DNA from: Candidatus Nanohalobium sp.
GTDB lineage: Archaea > Nanohalarchaeota > Nanosalinia > Nanosalinales > Nanosalinaceae
NCBI GenBank assembly: GCA_042217555.1
Contig: JBDGSL010000044.1
Coordinates: 1-22,090, forward strand
DNA: 22,090 bases
Reading direction: 5' to 3'
Below the pieces are notes generated by a model, which saw only the letters and a list, made by a program, of their open reading frames with translations, had not been told where the DNA came from and ran no database searches. The position numbers and the translations under genes are program-made. Shown here one piece after another: positions 17,097 through 22,090 of the stretch (the first letter of the stretch is position 1; each line of letters starts with the position of its first letter).

Positions 17097-17831
17097 GTGG
17101 ATACGCCCAGGATATTCAGGTCCCGGGGGAAAGAGAGGAAGTTCCTCGGAACTGTTCTCGGACTGACAGTGTTCTTCGCTGCAGCCTTCTTCCTCACAGA
17201 GCCGTATCATCAGATACTTTACGATGTCGAAGCGCTCAGAAACTTTATCGCCGGATTCGGACCGCTCGCACCTGCAGTACTGATACTTGCACAGGCCTCA
17301 CAGGTCATAATAGCTCCTGTACCTGGCCCTGTAGTCGGTGCGGCAGCCGGGTACCTGTTCGGAGTAACTTGGGGAACCATCTATACTGTTACAGGAGCAG
17401 GCATAGGTTCAGCTGTCGCCATCATCCTCTCAAAGCGTTACGGAAGGCCTTTTGTCGAGGATACGCTTGCTGACGAGACAATGAACAGGTTTGACGGCGT
17501 GGCTGAAGAACACGGCTTCCTTCCATTCCTGCTTATGTTCTTGCTTCCAGGCTTCCCTGATGATGCGGTATGCTTCATGGCCGGCCTGACAGAACTTGAT
17601 ACCCGACACCTGATAGTATATGCGACTCTCGGCCGTTTACCTGGAGCACTATCTCTTACAGTGGCAGGTAACAGCCTGGCAAACACAAACTACCGTTTAC
17701 TCCTGATTACATCCGTGGCAGTGATAGCAGTGAGTGCAGCTGCGTTTTACACCAGGGAAAAAGTAGTAAATCCGTCACACGGCGTGAAGAACCCGCTGAC
17801 TTATGTGAAAAACAGGGTTGGCGGTGACTGA
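17097..17831 (+). CDS. TVP38/TMEM64 (DedA/VTT superfamily) membrane protein
   Basis: QVIIAPVPG, AGYLFG..WG, LLPGFPDD...AGLT and GRLPG motifs, with multiple TM helices. Confidence 0.92.
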   Translation: MDTPRIFRSRGKERKFLGTVLGLTVFFAAAFFLTEPYHQILYDVEALRNFIAGFGPLAPAVLILAQASQVIIAPVPGPVVGAAAGYLFGVTWGTIYTVTGAGIGSAVAIILSKRYGRPFVEDTLADETMNRFDGVAEEHGFLPFLLMFLLPGFPDDAVCFMAGLTELDTRHLIVYATLGRLPGALSLTVAGNSLANTNYRLLLITSVAVIAVSAAAFYTREKVVNPSHGVKNPLTYVKNRVGGD

Positions 17832-17869
17832 ACCGTACTTAATGTTTCTCATGTCTGTTGTTAACATGC

Positions 17870-18634
17870 ATGGGTTCAGATGAAGTTCTATCCCGGCTGT
17901 TCAGGCATGACTCCTGCAACGATCTGACAGTGATAAAGGCTGCTCTGGAAGAGGGACAGTACGGCCCGGAGCTAGGTGAAGAAACTAGAGATGAACTGGA
18001 AGAGTTCGCAGACGTACTGGATGAGGCCGTCGAAAAACTGGATCGTGATACGGGAAGAGTTAAGGAACTGGAGTACCTGGCGTCACACGGAACAGATTAT
18101 CCGGGTGAAGTAGGTAGACGCGTGGAAAAAGTATCCGACATGAGTTCCCGTCTCCTGGATCTAGAAGAAAGCAGTCAAAACGGTATAGAGATTGGAAAAG
18201 TGCTTTCACCTGTGGAAGAGGAAGGCAAGGTAAATTACAGGTGCTCTCCGGAAGGAAAAGTGGAAGGGGATGGAGGGCTTTACCAGGTGGCCAATACTTT
18301 AGTGGAGAACTCTAAGAGACACGGAGAAGACGATGACACCACGGTATGGGCAGAGGTCGCAGACAACGACAACTGTTACAGCGTAGACATATGGGATAAC
18401 GGGGAAGGACTGAAAGACGAGTACGATGGACAGGATATATTTGAAGAAAGTGTAGGAGAGAACTCGGGTCTCGGCCTGTATCTCTCACGTATGATAACAG
18501 AAAACTTTGATGGAAAACTGAGGTACAGTCCTGAAAACGCTGCCAGGGAGAATGGCTTCGGCCTCAAATGGATCCTGAAGAAAAAAGAGCCAGAAAAAGG
18601 AAAAGTTCAGTACTCTACCTCAGAACCTGTGTAG
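17870..18634 (+). CDS. Soluble histidine kinase-like protein without sensor domain
   Basis: H-box LFRHDSCNDL, N-box NTLVENSKRHG, G1 DIWDNGEGL, F-box IFEE and G2 SGLGLYLSR. ATG 17870 is preferred over TTG 17858. Confidence 0.8.
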   Translation: MGSDEVLSRLFRHDSCNDLTVIKAALEEGQYGPELGEETRDELEEFADVLDEAVEKLDRDTGRVKELEYLASHGTDYPGEVGRRVEKVSDMSSRLLDLEESSQNGIEIGKVLSPVEEEGKVNYRCSPEGKVEGDGGLYQVANTLVENSKRHGEDDDTTVWAEVADNDNCYSVDIWDNGEGLKDEYDGQDIFEESVGENSGLGLYLSRMITENFDGKLRYSPENAARENGFGLKWILKKKEPEKGKVQYSTSEPV

Positions 18635-19863
18635 AGAGGGTTTTCTTCCAGTAGTTCGGATACTTTCGACCGATGTTTCTCACCGTTTTCTCCCGGGTTC
18701 CTGATCCTTTCAGCTATCATCTCCCCGATCTCCTCAAGTTCTCTTTCCTTCATTCCTCTTGTCGTCAGTGCCGGTGTCCCAATACGTATCCCTGAGGTCA
18801 CTTTAGGCGGCTGCGGATCATGTGGCACCATGTTCTTGTTGACAACTATGTTTATCTCTTCCAGGGCTTTCTCTGCTTCTCTACCCGTGACTTCTTCATT
18901 TCTCAGGTCAACCAGGACGAGATGGTTGTCAGTTCCATCCGTAACAAGCTTGAGGCCGCTTGACCTAAGGGCTTCTGCCAGTGCCTCCGTGTTTTTCTTG
19001 ATCTGCCTGGTGTATTCTTTGAACTCCGGTCTCATAGCTTCCCTGAAGGTAACGGCTTTGGCTGCAATCTGGTGCATCAACGGTCCGCCCTGGCTGAAAG
19101 GGAAGACCGCGCGGTCTACATCGTCTGCAAACTCTTCCTTGCAAAGTATCATTCCGCCTCTTGCCCCTCTGATAGATTTGTGCGTAGTGGTTGTGACTAT
19201 ATCACACTCCGGGAACGGGTTCTCATGTTCTCCTGTTGCAACCAGTCCTGAGATATGTGCGATATCACACATAAGAAGTGCGTCAACCTCGTTTGCCACC
19301 TCTCTGAACATGCTGAAATCGATCTCCCGTGGATAGGCCGAGTATCCGCATACAATCATATCAGGGTCATGTTCTTTCGCAGCATCCATGACGTCTTCTT
19401 TCTCGAAACGCTCCGATTCCTCGTTTATAGGATAGGTATCGAAATCGAACAGTTCACCGGAGAAGTTCACATGGTGTCCATGTGTCAGGTGGCCTCCATG
19501 GGAAAGAACCGGTCCCAGAACCCTGTCACCTGCCTCCAGGACAGAGAAATAAGCTGCAAAGTTCGCCTGAGACCCGGAGTGCGGTTGGACGTTCGCGTGA
19601 TCGGCATCGAAGATCTCACACGCTCTCTCACGCGCCAGATCCTCGACTTCGTCGTGATACTTGCATCCGGCATAGTAACGTGCACCAGGATAACCTTCAG
19701 CGTACTTATTGGTCAATACGCTGCCCTGCGCCTGCAGCACCTGTTTAGGCACAAAGTTCTCAGATGCAATCATCTCAAGAGACTCGCTCTCCTGCCTCTC
19801 AACCTCGTTCTTCAGAGCTTTGTAAACCTCAGGATCTGCCTCAGAAAGATCACGATGCTTCAT
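18607..19863 (-). CDS. glyA: Serine hydroxymethyltransferase
   Basis: MIASEN, NKYAEGYPGARYY, NVQPHSGSQAN, GGHLTHG, PLP-lysine TTTHKSIRG and SGIRIGTPALTTRG. Confidence 0.97.
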   Translation of the reverse strand: MKHRDLSEADPEVYKALKNEVERQESESLEMIASENFVPKQVLQAQGSVLTNKYAEGYPGARYYAGCKYHDEVEDLARERACEIFDADHANVQPHSGSQANFAAYFSVLEAGDRVLGPVLSHGGHLTHGHHVNFSGELFDFDTYPINEESERFEKEDVMDAAKEHDPDMIVCGYSAYPREIDFSMFREVANEVDALLMCDIAHISGLVATGEHENPFPECDIVTTTTHKSIRGARGGMILCKEEFADDVDRAVFPFSQGGPLMHQIAAKAVTFREAMRPEFKEYTRQIKKNTEALAEALRSSGLKLVTDGTDNHLVLVDLRNEEVTGREAEKALEEINIVVNKNMVPHDPQPPKVTSGIRIGTPALTTRGMKERELEEIGEMIAERIRNPGENGEKHRSKVSELLEENPLYTGSEVEY

Positions 19864-19937
19864 GAATCAAAAATTCCTGTATGCATGTTCCTATATCTTT
19901 CCCTCGCTGGTTAAAGAGAAAAATATTTTTCGCCACT

Positions 19938-20591
19938 CTACTCCTCCTGGATCAGCATCTCCACTACCAACTGCAGTATTTCGACGAAGACACCCATGTA
20001 TGCGGTGTATAGTCCGATGCCGTTGAGGAATGGTGTTGAAGGTCTTGTCTTGGTCACGTAGATCTGGTGGATGAGGTAGACTATGAACCCTATCAGTGCG
20101 AGCGTAAAGCTGATTAGTGCGAATATTCCGGAGAAGCTTCCTATGAAGGATACTCCTAGGACTCCGAGGAAGATGTAGTTGGCGTAGCGACCCCAGTTCG
20201 AGAAGTCGTGGCTGGTTCCGAACACAAGCAGACCTGAAAGAACTGCTATCGCCGTAGTTACTACTCCTGTTATGCCGAGAGCCAGGCCCTGGATCGATGG
20301 CGATAAGAATCCTATTATGCCTGCCCCGAACATACCGTAAGCAAACTGAATTATGGAAGCGCCGCCCACTGCCTTACCTTTTTCCCCGTTCCTTACACCT
20401 CTCTTAGCCAGGTATACTCCACCTGTCAGCATCGCTCCGTAAACTATCACTCCGAGGAAAAGGAAGGTTCCAAACAGTAAGTCATTGACTGCCGAGAGCG
20501 GTGTAAAGGCAAATACCCACATAACTGCGATGTTTAACAGTATTAATCCGGTTGCGATTCCCAGGCTTTTCAGCTGACCTTTCTCAAACAT
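19938..20591 (-). CDS. Bax inhibitor-1/YccA-like multi-pass membrane protein
   Basis: About 7 TM helices. ALGITG...T.HDFS.WG and C-terminal IGLY...VF..IL patterns resemble the BI-1 family. Confidence 0.65.
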   Translation of the reverse strand: MFEKGQLKSLGIATGLILLNIAVMWVFAFTPLSAVNDLLFGTFLFLGVIVYGAMLTGGVYLAKRGVRNGEKGKAVGGASIIQFAYGMFGAGIIGFLSPSIQGLALGITGVVTTAIAVLSGLLVFGTSHDFSNWGRYANYIFLGVLGVSFIGSFSGIFALISFTLALIGFIVYLIHQIYVTKTRPSTPFLNGIGLYTAYMGVFVEILQLVVEMLIQEE

Positions 20592-20664
20592 AACTTTTGA
20601 TTTGGGCCGGAAGGTTAAAAGAGCAGCGGCAACTTGAAAACCGTTCCTGTCGATATCAAAGGAT

Positions 20665-21249
20665 GTGAAGAAGAACAGTTATCCTGGAACTTTCATAGTG
20701 GTCGAAGGCCCTGACGGCGCAGGTACAACCACCCAGTCGAAGAAACTGGCGGAGAAACTTGATGCTTACTGGACCTGTGAACCTGCAGACAACAGCATCG
20801 GTAAGAAAGTAGATGAAATGATCTCCGGTAAAGATTACTCACCTGAAGCCGTAGTTCTGGCATTTGCCGCTGATAGAAAAGTACATCTTGAAGAAGAGGT
20901 GATTCCCAGGCTGGAAGAAGGTGAAACGGTTATCTGCGACCGTTACTACCATTCCTCACTTGTATACCAGCCGGTTCTTGGAGCAGATTACTCCTGGGTT
21001 AAAAAACTTAACCGGGATGCGGTCAGACCTGACAAAACATTTATACTTGACGTAAAAGCTGAAACAGGGATGGAAAGAGTTAACAAGAGAGGACATGACG
21101 GCAACATATTCGAAAACCTGAGCTTCCAGCAGAAAGCAGTTCTGAAGTACAGAGGCCTGGATGAAAAACTTGACGAAGATATAGAACTTGTTGACGCCTC
21201 AGAACCAAAGAAAAAAGTTTTTGAAAAGATAAACTCTGTCTTAAAGTAA
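20665..21249 (+). CDS. tmk: Thymidylate kinase
   Basis: FIVVEGPDGAGTTTQ, FAADR..H, VICDRYYHSSLVYQ and PD.TFILDV motifs. Confidence 0.94.
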   Translation: MKKNSYPGTFIVVEGPDGAGTTTQSKKLAEKLDAYWTCEPADNSIGKKVDEMISGKDYSPEAVVLAFAADRKVHLEEEVIPRLEEGETVICDRYYHSSLVYQPVLGADYSWVKKLNRDAVRPDKTFILDVKAETGMERVNKRGHDGNIFENLSFQQKAVLKYRGLDEKLDEDIELVDASEPKKKVFEKINSVLK

Positions 21250-21273
21250 ATATTGTGGGAAGAGTTAGTTCCG

Positions 21274-21525
21274 TTACTCTTCCCCGTCTTTCTCCTCTTC
21301 TATCGCTTCTTCAATCTTCCCTGGCTGGAAACCTACTACTTCAGTGTCTCCGATAAAGGTCTGTGGAACTCCTCTCTGACCGGTTCTCTGAATCATCTCC
21401 TTGGCCTTTTCCTTGTTTTCAGCTACATTGAACTCTGTGTATTCATAACCGTTCTCATCCAGCCACTCCTTGATTTTATCACAGTAAGGACATGAGGGTG
21501 TAGAGTAAACTTCTATCTCAACCAT
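21274..21525 (-). CDS. Glutaredoxin-like protein (YruB/NrdH type)
   Basis: YSTPSCPYC and TGQRGVP. ATG 21525 is supported by TTTAAA at 21550-21555. Confidence 0.92.
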   Translation of the reverse strand: MVEIEVYSTPSCPYCDKIKEWLDENGYEYTEFNVAENKEKAKEMIQRTGQRGVPQTFIGDTEVVGFQPGKIEEAIEEEKDGEE

Positions 21526-21529
21526 GTTT

Positions 21530-21546
21530 GTGTAATAATGTTGAAC
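21530..21546. promoter_or_regulatory. Candidate operator upstream of glutaredoxin
   Basis: GTGTAATA-A-TGTTGAAC, an imperfect palindrome between the TATA box and ATG. It matches the site at 21896-21912. Confidence 0.6.
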
Positions 21547-21562
21547 TAATTTAAACACTGCG

Positions 21563-21892
21563 TTATATTTCGTCGATCATCTCCATCTTGTCCTCATACC
21601 ATTCAGACAACTTCTCCTTCAGCTCATCCTTCAGTTCCTCCGTTGAAGAAGAATAAATATAGTAACGTCCCTTTTTACCTTCCTCAACAACACTCCTTCT
21701 CTCCACCAATTCTGTAGATCTCAGTTTAGAAAGATACCTCTGTACGGTAGATCGACTCCTGTTCAGATCATCGGATATCTCCTTAACCCTCGCCTCTTTA
21801 TCACACAGATAGTAAAGAACCTCGGCTTCCGTATCAGAGATATTATACAGCAGTTTTCCCAACTTTTTCAACTCCCGAGGACAGTTATTCAT
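21563..21892 (-). CDS. Winged HTH transcriptional regulator (TrmB/COG3355-like)
   Basis: ISDTEAEVLYYL...VKEISDDLNRSRSTVQRYLSKL...LVER...GRYYIYS. ATG 21892 is preferred over TTG 21904. Confidence 0.88.
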   Translation of the reverse strand: MNNCPRELKKLGKLLYNISDTEAEVLYYLCDKEARVKEISDDLNRSRSTVQRYLSKLRSTELVERRSVVEEGKKGRYYIYSSSTEELKDELKEKLSEWYEDKMEMIDEI

Positions 21893-21895
21893 GTA

Positions 21896-21912
21896 GTTCA
21901 ACAATATTCAAC
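21896..21912. promoter_or_regulatory. Candidate autoregulatory operator of the HTH regulator
   Basis: GTTCAACA-A-TATTCAAC (6 of 8 positions palindromic) immediately upstream of ATG 21892. Confidence 0.6.
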
Positions 21913-21954
21913 AAACAATTTATGGGTTAACTTAATCTTCCCAAAAAAATAATT

Positions 21955-21975
21955 TGGCAGGACCCGGATTTGAAC
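21955..21975 (-). other. tRNA 3'-end fragment (positions 53-73)
   Basis: Minus strand GTTCAAATCCGGGTCCTGCCA gives a T-loop, 3' T-stem, acceptor strand and discriminator A at correct spacing. No 5' half is adjacent. Confidence 0.7.
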
Positions 21976-22013
21976 TTGAAAACAAGTTTTCTGCTGCGCG
22001 TTGAAATCGTAAA

Positions 22014-22036
22014 TGGCAGGGGGGCGATTTGAACGC
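22014..22036 (-). other. tRNA 3'-end fragment (positions 51-73)
   Basis: Minus strand GCG-TTCAAAT-CGC-CC-CCCTGCC-A has a 3-bp T-stem. It is flanked by AT-rich sequence with no D or anticodon arm. Confidence 0.72.
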
Positions 22037-22090
22037 AAATAATAATTTTTACTAATTTTCTGCCTTTGAGATAATCATTTTCTGACTTTT

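Noticed and set aside
18830..19914. Plus-strand ORFs of 168 and 219 aa
   Set aside because: Antisense to the highly conserved glyA.
21940..22090. Complete tRNA gene or CRISPR array
   Set aside because: No D or anticodon arms are present. There are only two divergent units, with no identical repeats or cas genes in the window.

Overview
This is a densely coding 22 kb archaeal chromosomal segment. The Glu-rich acidic proteins, TTTAAA boxes close to start codons, GGTGA ribosome-binding motifs and compact gene packing best fit a halophilic DPANN organism such as Nanohaloarchaeota; this is inference. In order it encodes: a Upf1/IGHMBP2-type SF1 helicase with an N-terminal DbpA-like domain (missing from the ORF track, runs off the left edge), NadM, a degenerate DUF2268-like protein, a Prx-like redoxin, class I FBP aldolase plus class I FBPase, a TAG-interrupted hypothetical gene, a Cys-rich exported protein, and a ~1,690-aa surface subtilase (Ig-like stalk, PGF-pre-PGF domain, TM anchor) that lacks a canonical start codon. 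These are followed by Hel308 with a 511-aa LAGLIDADG intein, two small hypotheticals, tandem-domain ThyX, a DedA/VTT protein, a sensorless histidine kinase, GlyA, a BI-1/YccA-like protein, Tmk, a glutaredoxin and an HTH regulator, the last two sharing a 17-bp operator-like palindrome. The window ends with two tandem tRNA 3'-end fragments. The most unusual signals are sharp blocks of A/C versus G/T wobble-position bias that switch inside single genes, the tRNA fragments, the protease start and its Cys-rich partner, and the candidate Grx/regulator operator.
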